Source of the DNA: Patescibacteria group bacterium
GTDB lineage: Bacteria; Patescibacteriota; Patescibacteriia; JAXHNJ01
Assembly: GCA_034520665.1 (NCBI GenBank)
Contig: JAXHNJ010000001.1
Coordinates: forward strand, 66,579-130,578
DNA length: 64,000 nt
Direction of reading: 5' to 3'
Shown here piece by piece: positions 39,559 to 48,716 of the stretch; within the stretch, counting starts at the first letter, position 1, and each line of letters begins with the position of its first letter. Made by a program: the position numbers and the translations under genes. The notes beneath the pieces were generated by a model. The model saw only the letters and a list, made by a program, of their open reading frames with translations, ran no database searches and was not told the origin of the DNA.

Positions 39559-40035
39559 ATGATTACAAAAATAGGAATAACACTCGCAGGGTTATGGATA
39601 TGCTTAGGGATTATTTTTCCTTACATAATCTTTCCTAATTACTTGATAAAGCCAAAAATAAAATCAAGTAATGGAATAAGAAAAGTTGCTAAAAAGCTAA
39701 AATCAAAGAATAAAGAAAAAACAATTAGAAATGTTTATGATTTTTTGATAAAACAATATGAAGGACATAGAAAAATCATAAGTATAAATTCTTTGAAGCA
39801 ACTTTTCAAATATAATGTTGATGAATTGTTAAAAAATAAACAATTTTTGTGGTGTCATTCACAAAATTTAATTCTGAAAACTTTATTAATAAACACAGGA
39901 CACTTTAAAGAAAATGATATCAGAATTAAATGGACAATCACAAAAAGATTAACAATTCATCAGTATATTGAAATTAGGAAAAATAATTCTTTGTATAAAT
40001 TAGATCCTTTCTATGAGCAATTTAGGGGCTTCTGA
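39559..40035 (+). CDS. hypothetical membrane-anchored protein, possible transglutaminase-like Cys-His domain
   Basis: N-terminal TM, then QFLWCHSQNLILKTLLINTG resembling the transglutaminase-like core (GxC..(F/H)..L...LLR..GIP). Weak call. Confidence 0.35.
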   Translation: MITKIGITLAGLWICLGIIFPYIIFPNYLIKPKIKSSNGIRKVAKKLKSKNKEKTIRNVYDFLIKQYEGHRKIISINSLKQLFKYNVDELLKNKQFLWCHSQNLILKTLLINTGHFKENDIRIKWTITKRLTIHQYIEIRKNNSLYKLDPFYEQFRGF

Positions 40036-40068
40036 TTATTGCAATTAACGGGTTTTTTTCCTATTTTT

Positions 40069-40097
40069 TTGACGAAAGGGCTAAAATTAGTTATAAT
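40069..40097 (+). promoter_or_regulatory. sigma70-like promoter upstream of asnS
   Basis: TTGACG-N17-TATAAT. Confidence 0.5.
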
Positions 40098-40140
40098 AAG
40101 GTTATAGATATTATTGATAAAAAGGTAAAAACAACATAAT

Positions 40141-41427
40141 ATGGCTTATGTTTCCGAAATTAGTCAATTTATAGACAAGAAAGTGCTTTTAAAGGGATGG
40201 ATATTTAATATCCGCTCCTCTGGAAGCATCTTTTTTTTACAGTTTCGGGACGGTACTGGTGTTATTCAGGCTATAGTGGCCAAAAATGATGTTTCTGATA
40301 AAGTTTTTGAAAGCTGCCAAAAATTAACTATTGAAAGCTCAGTAGAAATAAAGGGTAAGGTGGTTAAACAGCCTAAAGCCCCGACAGGATATGAACTGCA
40401 GGTCAGTGATTTAAAAGTAATTCAAGTGGCCCCGCGTTATCCGATTGGCAAAAAGTCCCACGGTACCGAATTTTTGATGAATCACCGGCATCTTTGGCTG
40501 CGTTCCAGTCGTCAGCGGGCTATTTTAAGGCTACGCGACGCGATTATCTGGGCCGCTCGTAAATTTTTTAAAGAAGAAGGTTTTATCCTCACTGATTCTC
40601 CTATTTTAACTCCGACGGCTTGTGAAGGCACCACTACGCTTTTTGAAACTGATTATTTTGACCAACCGGCTTATCTTTCGCAGTCCGGTCAGCTCTATAT
40701 TGAAGCCACAGCCGCTGCTTTGGGTCGGGTTTATGATTTTGGACCAACTTTCCGGGCGGAAAAATCAAAAACTAGAAAACACTTGATGGAATTTTGGATG
40801 TTGGACGCCGAAGCGGCTTTTGTTGAACATAAAGAAAATTTAGAAATTCAGGAAAATATGGTGGCCTATATCGTAAAATATGTTTTGGAAAATAATAAAA
40901 AAGATTTAAAAAACCTAAAGCGTGACACCAAAAAACTGGAAAAAATTAAAGCTCCTTTTATCCGTAAAAAATATGAAGAGATAATCAACGAATTAAATAA
41001 AAAAAGCTTTAAAATTAAATTTGGTGATGACTTTGGGGCCGAAGAAGAAACGGCTATTTCTGAAGATGTTGATAAACCAGTCTTTGTCACTCACTGGCCT
41101 AAAGAAACCAAACCTTTTTATATGAAGCAAGATCCGAAAAATAAAAAGCTGGTTTTAAATTCAGATCTGATTGCTCCTGAAAGCTATGGTGAAATAATCG
41201 GCGGCTCACAAAGAGAGGATGACTATGAGATTTTAAAAGCCAATATGGAAAAAGCCGGTATTCCCATCAAAGACTATCAGTGGTACCTTGATTTGAGAAA
41301 ATATGGCACTTTTCCACATTCCGGTTTTGGCATTGGTATTGAAAGGACTGTGGCTTGGATCTGCGGACTAGATCATATTCGCGAAACTATTCCCTTCCCA
41401 AGAATGCTTAATCGATTAAGACCATAA
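40141..41427 (+). CDS. asnS: asparaginyl-tRNA synthetase (class IIb; archaeal-type AspRS not excluded)
   Basis: 428 aa, GPTFRAEKSKTRKHLMEFWMLDAE motif 2 and C-terminal GFGIGIERTV motif 3. Confidence 0.75.
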   Translation: MAYVSEISQFIDKKVLLKGWIFNIRSSGSIFFLQFRDGTGVIQAIVAKNDVSDKVFESCQKLTIESSVEIKGKVVKQPKAPTGYELQVSDLKVIQVAPRYPIGKKSHGTEFLMNHRHLWLRSSRQRAILRLRDAIIWAARKFFKEEGFILTDSPILTPTACEGTTTLFETDYFDQPAYLSQSGQLYIEATAAALGRVYDFGPTFRAEKSKTRKHLMEFWMLDAEAAFVEHKENLEIQENMVAYIVKYVLENNKKDLKNLKRDTKKLEKIKAPFIRKKYEEIINELNKKSFKIKFGDDFGAEEETAISEDVDKPVFVTHWPKETKPFYMKQDPKNKKLVLNSDLIAPESYGEIIGGSQREDDYEILKANMEKAGIPIKDYQWYLDLRKYGTFPHSGFGIGIERTVAWICGLDHIRETIPFPRMLNRLRP

Positions 41428-41431
41428 ATAT

Positions 41432-41533
41432 ATGGAACAAGAACAAGGTTCAAACAAATTAATAATTCTTATGCTTGTTTTGGCGGTTTTGGTTATTAGT
41501 TATGCTGTGTTTTACTATGTTTGGTTAGTTTAA
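41432..41533 (+). CDS. hypothetical 33-aa single-TM peptide
   Basis: MEQEQGSNKLIILMLVLAVLVISYAVFYYVWLV. No clear RBS. Overlaps the asnS stop region. Confidence 0.25.
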   Translation: MEQEQGSNKLIILMLVLAVLVISYAVFYYVWLV

Positions 41534-41545
41534 TTGTAAAAATAA

Positions 41546-41610
41546 TCAACTATTCAACCAGTTAACTTAATCAACTAATTAACTTATTCCATGAACAAAA
41601 AAGGCTTAAC
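41546..41610 (+). repeat. leader module copy A (AT-rich TAACTAATTAACTTATTCC plus ATGAACAAAAAAGGCTTAAC) at serpin start
   Basis: Near-identical to 42980-43040 and 43915-43950. Confidence 0.6.
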
Positions 41611-42892
41611 TCAAATATTATCTCTTGGTTTAATTTTAGCTCTTATTATTATTGGCTTTTCTTCAGCTTATGTTTATTTGAAACCAAAAAAAGAAACAAA
41701 TAGTAATACTACTAGCAGTAAAATAAATTTGAATTCCTCTCAAGCAAATATAAATACAAATTCAAGTTCTATGATACCAGTTGATAGCCTAAGTCAGGCC
41801 CACACTATTTTTGGTTTAAATATTTTAGATAAATTATATCAATCAGCAAAAAAGGATAATATCTTTATTTCTCCGACTAGTATTGCTTTAGCTCTTTCCA
41901 TGGTTTATCAGGGTAGCGACAGTCAGACCAAAGCCGAAATAGCCGAGACTTTGGCCATTTCCGATATTTCTATGGAGGATTTAAATAAACAAACTAAAAA
42001 TTTGATTACTCAATATAAAGATATTGATCCGGATGTTGAAGTGGCTATAGCTAATTCCATTTGGACTAGGTCTGGTTTTAAACCAAAACAGGATTTTATA
42101 AATACTTTACAAACTTGGTATGAAGCTACTGCTAAAGCTTTGGATTTTAACCAAAAAGAATCTGTTGACGAAATAAATAACTGGGTTAAAGAAAATACTA
42201 AAGATAAAATTGAGAGTATAGTAAACGACCCCATTTCTTCTGACGTGATTATGTATCTGATTAACGCCACTTATTTTAAAGGTATCTGGACCAAGGAGTT
42301 TAAACCTGAAAACACCCAAGAACGCCCTTTTTATAACGGTGATAACACTGAAGAACAACATGATTTCATGTACCAGCGTGAAGATTATGCCTATTTAGAG
42401 AACAATGATTTCCAAGCGGTAAAGTTACCTTACGGTGAAAATGAACGGCTTAGTATGTATGTCTTTTTACCAAAGGATGATCTTGAGTCATTTATGGCAG
42501 AATTAAATTCTGAAAATTGGCATGATTGGCTAAAAGATTTTTCCACTAAAGAAGGATATTTGTATCTGCCAAAAATAAAGCTTGAATATGAAAAAAGTCT
42601 TAATTCATATTTAAAAGACTTGGGTATGAAGCAGGCTTTTACTGCTAGCGCTGATTTTAATAAAATAGCGGCGGATGTATATATTAGTGATGTTTTGCAT
42701 AAGACTTTTGTTGAGGTTAATGAAGAGGGCACTGAAGCAGCGGCTGTTACTAGTGTTAAAATCATTACAACCGCTGAAGAACCCCAGGAATCTTTTAATA
42801 TGTTAGTTAATAAACCCTACTTCTTTGCCATTAGAGATAATGAAATAGGTGAGAATCTTTTTATGGGTATTATTAATAATCCGGAATATTAA
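41591..42892 (+). CDS. serpin (serine protease inhibitor family), membrane-anchored/secreted, with Asn/Ser-rich linker
   Basis: 433 aa. NATYFKGIWTKEF. Hinge and reactive-centre loop EEGTEAAAVTSVKII. C-terminal NKPYFFAIRDNEIGENLFMGIINNP. Confidence 0.85.
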   Translation: MNKKGLTQILSLGLILALIIIGFSSAYVYLKPKKETNSNTTSSKINLNSSQANINTNSSSMIPVDSLSQAHTIFGLNILDKLYQSAKKDNIFISPTSIALALSMVYQGSDSQTKAEIAETLAISDISMEDLNKQTKNLITQYKDIDPDVEVAIANSIWTRSGFKPKQDFINTLQTWYEATAKALDFNQKESVDEINNWVKENTKDKIESIVNDPISSDVIMYLINATYFKGIWTKEFKPENTQERPFYNGDNTEEQHDFMYQREDYAYLENNDFQAVKLPYGENERLSMYVFLPKDDLESFMAELNSENWHDWLKDFSTKEGYLYLPKIKLEYEKSLNSYLKDLGMKQAFTASADFNKIAADVYISDVLHKTFVEVNEEGTEAAAVTSVKIITTAEEPQESFNMLVNKPYFFAIRDNEIGENLFMGIINNPEY

Positions 42893-42979
42893 GGTAGGGT
42901 TATTTGAGACTTGAGAGTCATAATTTAATAGTTAACTTATCAAGTAATCACTAATCATCAATTAACTAAGTAACAAATC

Positions 42980-43040
42980 AACCAATCAACTAAGTAACTA
43001 ATTAACTTATTTCATGAACCAAAAAGGCTTAACAACAATA
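42980..43040 (+). repeat. leader module copy B
   Basis: TAACTAATTAACTTATTTCATGAACCAAAAAGGCTTAAC. Encodes the MNQKGLT N-terminus of the next ORF. Confidence 0.6.
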
Positions 43041-43859
43041 TTAATCCTCGGACTGATCGTCGCTGTTTTAATCGCCGGACTTAGCTTTGGCTATGTCAAG
43101 TATATAAAGAATGGAAATGATAATACCAATATAGTTAGTAATAAAAACACTAATTTGAATACTAATGTGGCTATAAATTCAAACGAGAATGAAAACATAA
43201 ATTCAGTTACCGATAAAAATGAGAATCTTAACACTAATAAAGCTGTAAATCTTAATGAAAATGAGAATACTAATCTTAATGCTAACACAGCCGTAAATCT
43301 AAACAAGAATGAAAATACCAATACCGTGGTGGTTGTGAATAAAAATTTGAATACAAATTCTTCAGCAGAAGATAACGATAACTGGGTTAGTTATGTAAAT
43401 GAAAAATTAAATATTCAATTAGAATATCCGAAAGAAATAAGTAATATTATTAGAGATAACCAAACAAATAAATATAGTGATCAAATTGTTACCACCATTC
43501 AAACTAGTGATTATCAAACAAATGAAACGCCCCTTAACTTAGAGATAATTAAAGGTATTCAATTTAATATTACCCAAGGAACGCCGAGTTGGAACTCAGC
43601 AGTGGGTGGGGTTAATTTTGAGGGCTTAAAAAATTGGTTAGATTTAGGAAGAGGAGGCACGGCACCATCAGTTGAAGAAGAAATTACAGTCTGTGATGAG
43701 AACGCTATTTATCATCTTGGTAATTATAGTTCTGGAGGTAAATTTGAACATGCATATTTTCTACACCATAGTAAATTATACAACCTAAGTGTTTCTTTAG
43801 CTGATAACAAAGTCTTAATATTAAAAAACATTTTATCTACTCTTGAATTTACTAAGTAG
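43014..43859 (+). CDS. hypothetical secreted/anchored protein with NENxNTN tandem repeats
   Basis: 281 aa. N-terminus homologous to the serpin signal anchor (MNQKGLTTILILGLIVAVLIAGL). Long Asn-rich repeat tract, then a globular C-terminus. Confidence 0.6.
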   Translation: MNQKGLTTILILGLIVAVLIAGLSFGYVKYIKNGNDNTNIVSNKNTNLNTNVAINSNENENINSVTDKNENLNTNKAVNLNENENTNLNANTAVNLNKNENTNTVVVVNKNLNTNSSAEDNDNWVSYVNEKLNIQLEYPKEISNIIRDNQTNKYSDQIVTTIQTSDYQTNETPLNLEIIKGIQFNITQGTPSWNSAVGGVNFEGLKNWLDLGRGGTAPSVEEEITVCDENAIYHLGNYSSGGKFEHAYFLHHSKLYNLSVSLADNKVLILKNILSTLEFTK

Positions 43860-43914
43860 GATTATTCGAAACTCGTGATTCGCAATCCGGATTAATAAAC
43901 TAAACAACTTAATT

Positions 43915-43967
43915 AACTAATTAACTTATTCCATGAACAAAAAAGGCTTTAAATCAATTAACTGATT
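43915..43967 (+). repeat. leader module copy C, truncated (MNKKGFKSIN* remnant)
   Basis: AACTAATTAACTTATTCCATGAACAAAAAAGGCTTT followed by a stop after 10 codons, just upstream of aspS. Confidence 0.55.
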
Positions 43968-43993
43968 AATTAATCAACCAATTAACTAACATC

Positions 43994-45385
43994 ATGCAAC
44001 GAATTTTTACGAACGAAACATTAGACCAAATTGATAAAAAAGTTAAACTAGCTGGCTTTGTCAATAATGTCCGCAAAATGGGCTCGATTGTTTTTATTGA
44101 CTTGCGCGACAAAGAGGGGATTATCCAGGTCGTTTTAGACAAAGGCTTTAAAGAAGCTAAAGATTTAAAACCGGAATATGTGATTGAATTAGAGGGTAAA
44201 GTAGCTAAAAGAAGCGAAAAAAATATTAATCCGGAAATACCGACCGGTGAGGTGGAAATTCAGGCTACCAGCTTAAAAATCTTATCAGAAAGCAAAACTC
44301 CGCCTTTTGAGATTGAAAATGAAGAGCGGCAGGCTAACGAAGAATTAAGGCTAAAATACCGTTATTTGGATCTGCGTCATGAGCGTATGAAAAATAATAT
44401 TATTTTACGGGATAAAGTGATTTGGTTTATTCGCCAGTGGCTGCATAATAAAAATTTTTATGAAATTGAAACCCCTCTTTTAACCAAAGGGACCCCTGAA
44501 GGAGCTCGAGAATACATTGTGCCTTCCAGGAATTTTCCGGGCCAGTTTTATGTTTTACCGCAATCACCGCAGCAGTTTAAACAACTTTTAATGATCAGCG
44601 GTTTTGAAAGGTATTTTCAAGTAGCCCGGTGTTTTCGCGATGAAGACGCTCGAGGCGACCGCCAGGCTGAGTTCACCCAGCTGGATTTGGAGATGGCTTT
44701 TACTAGCGACAAAAAGATAATGGAGCTGACGGAAAACTTAATGACTGAATTGGTCAAGAGTGTTTGCCCGAAAAAGAAAATCGCTAAAAAGCCTTTCCCC
44801 ATACTTACTTATGAAGAAGCTATGAAAAAACACCAAAGTGATAAGCCTGATTTGCGGGAGAATAAAAAAGACAAAGATAACTTGGCTTTTTGCTGGGTAG
44901 TCAATCCGCCGCTTTTTGAGCGCGCAGAAAAAGAAAAAAAATTAGTTTCCACTCATCACCCTTTTACGGCACCGGTAGAAAAAGATTTAAAAAATTTAGA
45001 TAAAAATCCGGAAAAAGTAAAGGCCCTCTCTTACGACCTGGTTTTAAACGGCTATGAAATCGGTACCGGCAGTATCAGAATTCACCAAAAAGATTTGCAG
45101 CAAAAAATATTTGAAATTTTAGGGCTTAGTCAAAAAGAAATAAAAAAACGCTTTGGCCATATTTTGGAAGCCTTTGAATATGGGGTGCCACCTCATGGAG
45201 GTATGGCTCCGGGTCTAGACCGCCTGGTCATGCTTTTGGCGGGTGAGCCGAATATCCGCGAAGTAATGGCTTTCCCCAAAACTTCAGATGCCCGTGATCT
45301 GATGATGGGAGCTCCTTCTAAATTGCCGGAGTCGGAAGTTAAAGAAAAGCATATTTCTATTGATAAAAAACATGAGAATATCTAA
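43994..45385 (+). CDS. aspS: aspartyl-tRNA synthetase, bacterial type lacking the GAD insertion domain
   Basis: 463 aa. ARCFRDEDARGDRQAEFTQLD motif 2. GGMAPGLDRLVMLL motif 3. Confidence 0.85.
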   Translation: MQRIFTNETLDQIDKKVKLAGFVNNVRKMGSIVFIDLRDKEGIIQVVLDKGFKEAKDLKPEYVIELEGKVAKRSEKNINPEIPTGEVEIQATSLKILSESKTPPFEIENEERQANEELRLKYRYLDLRHERMKNNIILRDKVIWFIRQWLHNKNFYEIETPLLTKGTPEGAREYIVPSRNFPGQFYVLPQSPQQFKQLLMISGFERYFQVARCFRDEDARGDRQAEFTQLDLEMAFTSDKKIMELTENLMTELVKSVCPKKKIAKKPFPILTYEEAMKKHQSDKPDLRENKKDKDNLAFCWVVNPPLFERAEKEKKLVSTHHPFTAPVEKDLKNLDKNPEKVKALSYDLVLNGYEIGTGSIRIHQKDLQQKIFEILGLSQKEIKKRFGHILEAFEYGVPPHGGMAPGLDRLVMLLAGEPNIREVMAFPKTSDARDLMMGAPSKLPESEVKEKHISIDKKHENI

Positions 45386-45692
45386 TCTGCAAAAATATAT
45401 TTTAGTTAATTCCTATTTTTCAAAGTCGCAAAAAACAAACCGCTCTATATTTGAAGATTTTTATAAAAACAAAAGAAAAAAACCAAAAAAAAGAGATATT
45501 CAGAATATTATTACTAAATCAATAGAGAGACTTATACAAAAAGAGCTTTTAGTCGGTTATGGCCGGCGGACTCCACATATGTGGTTTATTGAAAAAGTGC
45601 GTTTAACATCTAAAGGGCGAAAACAGGTCAAGAAGCTTTTGGGTCAACAACAAAAATTACCTTTTAAAATTAAAAAAATGAGAAATGGATAA
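45360..45692 (+). CDS. hypothetical basic protein (possible nucleic-acid binding)
   Basis: 110 aa, K/R-rich. Overlaps the aspS 3' end. Start uncertain. Confidence 0.35.
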   Translation: MIKNMRISNLQKYILVNSYFSKSQKTNRSIFEDFYKNKRKKPKKRDIQNIITKSIERLIQKELLVGYGRRTPHMWFIEKVRLTSKGRKQVKKLLGQQQKLPFKIKKMRNG

Positions 45693-46239
45693 TTATATAC
45701 AACCAGTTAAAAAAGAAAATAAGAATGACGAGGGTAATGAAGAAGAAAAAGAAGAGGAAGAAGAAAAAAAGCTGAAAAATCAATATTCTGCTTGGGGAAT
45801 TTTCTTTGGCATTCTTTTATTTATAGTTTTTGTAATTATATGGGAGTTGGGACTTCACGACTTGCCGCGTTTTTTTAACCCTTATTATGAAGTTTGTCAG
45901 AATTCTGGCTATCAGGTTGTACAAAAGTTTTGTGATATAAAGCAATATGAAATTATTCGTCTGCTTTTACATTTTTGTCTGTTGGTACCGCTTTTGATGG
46001 TTATTATTGTGGTTAATCATACTAATCAGGGTAAAAAAATGAAAAGTTATAACAGAATTTTACTGCTAGCTTACTTTTTTTCTATTTTATTTCTTTTAAC
46101 TCATGTTTTTGTGGAATTTGCCTATTATCTTTTCCGTTATTATCGTGAAATTGGTAATTATGTGGTTTTGAGTGTTATTGCTATTGCTTTTGTGTTTTTA
46201 ATAGTTTACTTACAAAAAAGATTTAATAAATCTAAATAA
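45685..46239 (+). CDS. hypothetical membrane protein with acidic N-terminus
   Basis: 184 aa. EEEKEEEEEKK then 4 TM helices. Confidence 0.45.
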   Translation: MDNYIQPVKKENKNDEGNEEEKEEEEEKKLKNQYSAWGIFFGILLFIVFVIIWELGLHDLPRFFNPYYEVCQNSGYQVVQKFCDIKQYEIIRLLLHFCLLVPLLMVIIVVNHTNQGKKMKSYNRILLLAYFFSILFLLTHVFVEFAYYLFRYYREIGNYVVLSVIAIAFVFLIVYLQKRFNKSK

Positions 46240-46261
46240 AAAAATTAATATAAATAAAATT

Positions 46262-46846
46262 ATGTCAATTCCAGTTAAAGTTAAAAACTATTTAAAAAAA
46301 ACCGGACTTAATTATAAACTTTTAGAACACAAAAAAGTTTTTACGGCTTATGATTTAGCCCAGACTACCCGCAATGAGCTAAAAAATATTGCTAAAACTT
46401 TATTTATAAAAGCCGATTCTGATTATTATCTGGTAGTTTTAGGAGCCAATCGTCGTCTAGATAAAACTAAATTAAAAAAAGTCTTAAAAGCCAAGAAAGT
46501 AAAAATGGCTTCGGAAAAACAGATGGCTAAGAAATTAAAAATTAAACCTGGCGCTATTACTCCATTTGGCGGTCTTTATGATATTACTCTTATTTTAGAC
46601 CGTCCCTTAAGCCAAATAAAAAAGGCTCTTTTTGGGGCTGGCAGTTTTACAGAGAGTCTGCTTATTAAAATGAAAGATTTTATAAAAAAAGAGGAGCCGG
46701 TTATCGGTACTATTGGCCAGTCAGCTAAATTAAAAGTTCAATACAAAAAGAAGCCAAAGAAAAAGAAGAAAAGAAAAAAGAAGAAGAAGAGATCTAAGAA
46801 AAAAAAGAAGACTTCAAAAAAGACGAAGAGAAAGAAGAAAAAATAA
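46262..46846 (+). CDS. ybaK: YbaK/ProX-type aminoacyl-tRNA deacylase domain protein with poly-lysine C-terminal tail
   Basis: Core PGAITPFGG...GAGS. The last 45 residues are nearly all K/R. Confidence 0.55.
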   Translation: MSIPVKVKNYLKKTGLNYKLLEHKKVFTAYDLAQTTRNELKNIAKTLFIKADSDYYLVVLGANRRLDKTKLKKVLKAKKVKMASEKQMAKKLKIKPGAITPFGGLYDITLILDRPLSQIKKALFGAGSFTESLLIKMKDFIKKEEPVIGTIGQSAKLKVQYKKKPKKKKKRKKKKKRSKKKKKTSKKTKRKKKK

Positions 46847-46894
46847 ATTAATTAAACTTTTCTCTTTTTCTAAAAAAAGTTATTATTTTTAATT

Positions 46895-47602
46895 ATGTAT
46901 AAAATAAAAATAGAAAAATTTGAAGGGCCTTTAGATTTATTACTGAAATTAATTCAGAAAGAAAAAATGGATATCACCCAGATTTCTCTATCTAAAGTAA
47001 CTGAACAATATATCCATTATATTGAAAATTCTGAAGATATTTCTCCGGAAGAGCTGGCGGATTTTTTAGTTATTGCGGCTAAACTTTTACTAATTAAATC
47101 AAAATCACTCTTACCTTACTTAGAAAGAGAAGAGGAAGAAACGGGTTTTGAATTGGAACGTCAGCTGAAAATGTATAAAATTTTTCTTGAAGCAGCTGAA
47201 AATCTCAAGGATATTATTAAAAAGAAGAATTTCAGTTATTTCCGTCAATCCAACAAACTCTTTGAAAAAGTTTTTATTCCGCCTGAAAACATTAATAAAA
47301 ATATACTTAAAGATTGTTTTAAAGGTATTATTCATAGCATTACCCCCATTGTCACTTATAAACAAAGAACAATTAAAAAAACAATTTCCTTAAAAGATAA
47401 AATTGATGATATAAAAAAAATAGTTTTAGAGAAAGAGTTTAGCAATTTTAAAGAAATTCTAGGATCAGCTAAGAATAAAATGGAAATAATAGTTTGTTTT
47501 CTGGCCTTGTTGGAACTGGTTAAAAGACGAAATATTATTTTAGATCAGAATAATATTTTTTCTGATATTTCTATAAAAAAAATTAATAATGAAAACGCAT
47601 GA
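46895..47602 (+). CDS. scpA: segregation and condensation protein A
   Basis: FEGPLDLLLKLIQKEKMDITQISLSKVTEQY. Confidence 0.85.
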   Translation: MYKIKIEKFEGPLDLLLKLIQKEKMDITQISLSKVTEQYIHYIENSEDISPEELADFLVIAAKLLLIKSKSLLPYLEREEEETGFELERQLKMYKIFLEAAENLKDIIKKKNFSYFRQSNKLFEKVFIPPENINKNILKDCFKGIIHSITPIVTYKQRTIKKTISLKDKIDDIKKIVLEKEFSNFKEILGSAKNKMEIIVCFLALLELVKRRNIILDQNNIFSDISIKKINNENA

Positions 47603-48186
47603 ATTTAAAATCAAAAATAGAAAGCTTACTTTTTGTCAGTATCAGTCCGCTTTCGGTTAGCAAAATTGCTAAACTAGTTTCTTCAGATAAAGATAAAGTG
47701 AAGCAGTCCTTGCAAGATCTTAAAGAGAGGCTAAAGGAGGAGCAGAGAGGTATCCAGCTTATGAAGATACAAAACAGTTGGCAGCTTTCAACTAATCCGG
47801 ATAATTCTTCAATTGTTAGAGAATATTTAAAAGACGAGCAAACTGGAGAATTAACCCGGCCGGCTCTGGAAACATTAACCATAATTGCCTATCGTGGGCC
47901 TATAGCTAAATCGGAATTAGATGTTATTCGTGGAGTTAACTGCTCTTTAATTTTAAGAAATTTAATGATTAAGGGATTGGTTGAGTCTTATAAAGATAAG
48001 AGCAAGATGGATACTTTTTATAAAGTTACTTTTGAATTTTTAAAATTTTTAGGACTCTCTGAAACTAGTCATCTCCCTGATTATGAAAAACTGAATAAAG
48101 ATGAAAGTTTAGAAAAATTACTCAATCCTGAAAGTCAAAAAGAGTCTGAAAATGAAGAAAAGGAGAAAAAAAATGAAGAAGAATAA
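47599..48186 (+). CDS. scpB: segregation and condensation protein B
   Basis: TLTIIAYRGPIAKSELDVIRGV. Confidence 0.85.
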   Translation: MNLKSKIESLLFVSISPLSVSKIAKLVSSDKDKVKQSLQDLKERLKEEQRGIQLMKIQNSWQLSTNPDNSSIVREYLKDEQTGELTRPALETLTIIAYRGPIAKSELDVIRGVNCSLILRNLMIKGLVESYKDKSKMDTFYKVTFEFLKFLGLSETSHLPDYEKLNKDESLEKLLNPESQKESENEEKEKKNEEE

Positions 48187-48213
48187 TTATTTACATGAGG
48201 AGATAAATTTGCT

Positions 48214-48711
48214 ATGTTTAGTATAGAATGGGCTAGTTTATTTAGTTCTTTACCAGGAGAAATAAGTACGTTATTAGTAGCCATGATACCCATAGCTGAG
48301 CTAAGAGTAGCTTTACCGATGGCTCTGGGCCCTTATAAATTACCTTTATTTGAAGCTTTTATTTGGTCTTTTATCGGTAACATGATTCCTGTATTTTTTA
48401 TTTTATGGTTTTTAGAGCCGGTTTCGCGTTTTTTAATGAAAAAATCTCGCTTCTTTAACAAATTTTTTAACTGGCTTTTTGACAGAACCCGCCGGAAATT
48501 TACTAAAAATACCGAACGTTATGGTGTAGTCATTGCTTTAATATTATTTGTAGCTATTCCTTTACCTGTTACTGGGGCCTGGACTGGTTCAGTTGCTGCT
48601 TTTCTTTTTGCTGTTTCTTATAAAAAAGCCATTCTTTCCATTGCTTTAGGGGTTTTAATTGCCAGCTTTGTTGTTGGCTCCTTATATTTTGGCGCTATTA
48701 GTTTATTTTAA
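48214..48711 (+). CDS. putative small multidrug export protein family (COG2426-like) membrane protein
   Basis: 165 aa, 4 TM. IPIAELRVALPMALG motif. Confidence 0.5.
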   Translation: MFSIEWASLFSSLPGEISTLLVAMIPIAELRVALPMALGPYKLPLFEAFIWSFIGNMIPVFFILWFLEPVSRFLMKKSRFFNKFFNWLFDRTRRKFTKNTERYGVVIALILFVAIPLPVTGAWTGSVAAFLFAVSYKKAILSIALGVLIASFVVGSLYFGAISLF

Positions 48712-48716
48712 TATTT

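Noticed and set aside
39420-39638. ORF 39420-39638 (72 aa) over the GC-rich intergenic element
   Set aside because: Begins inside the inverted-repeat structure, has no RBS and an Arg/Ser-rich composition. More likely the element is RNA or DNA-level.
43130-43340. Tandem nucleotide repeats (AATGAAAATGAGAAT...AATCTTAATG units) considered as possible CRISPR or minisatellite
   Set aside because: They are in-frame codon repeats encoding the NENxNTN tract of a protein, irregular in length, with no spacer-repeat architecture and no cas genes.
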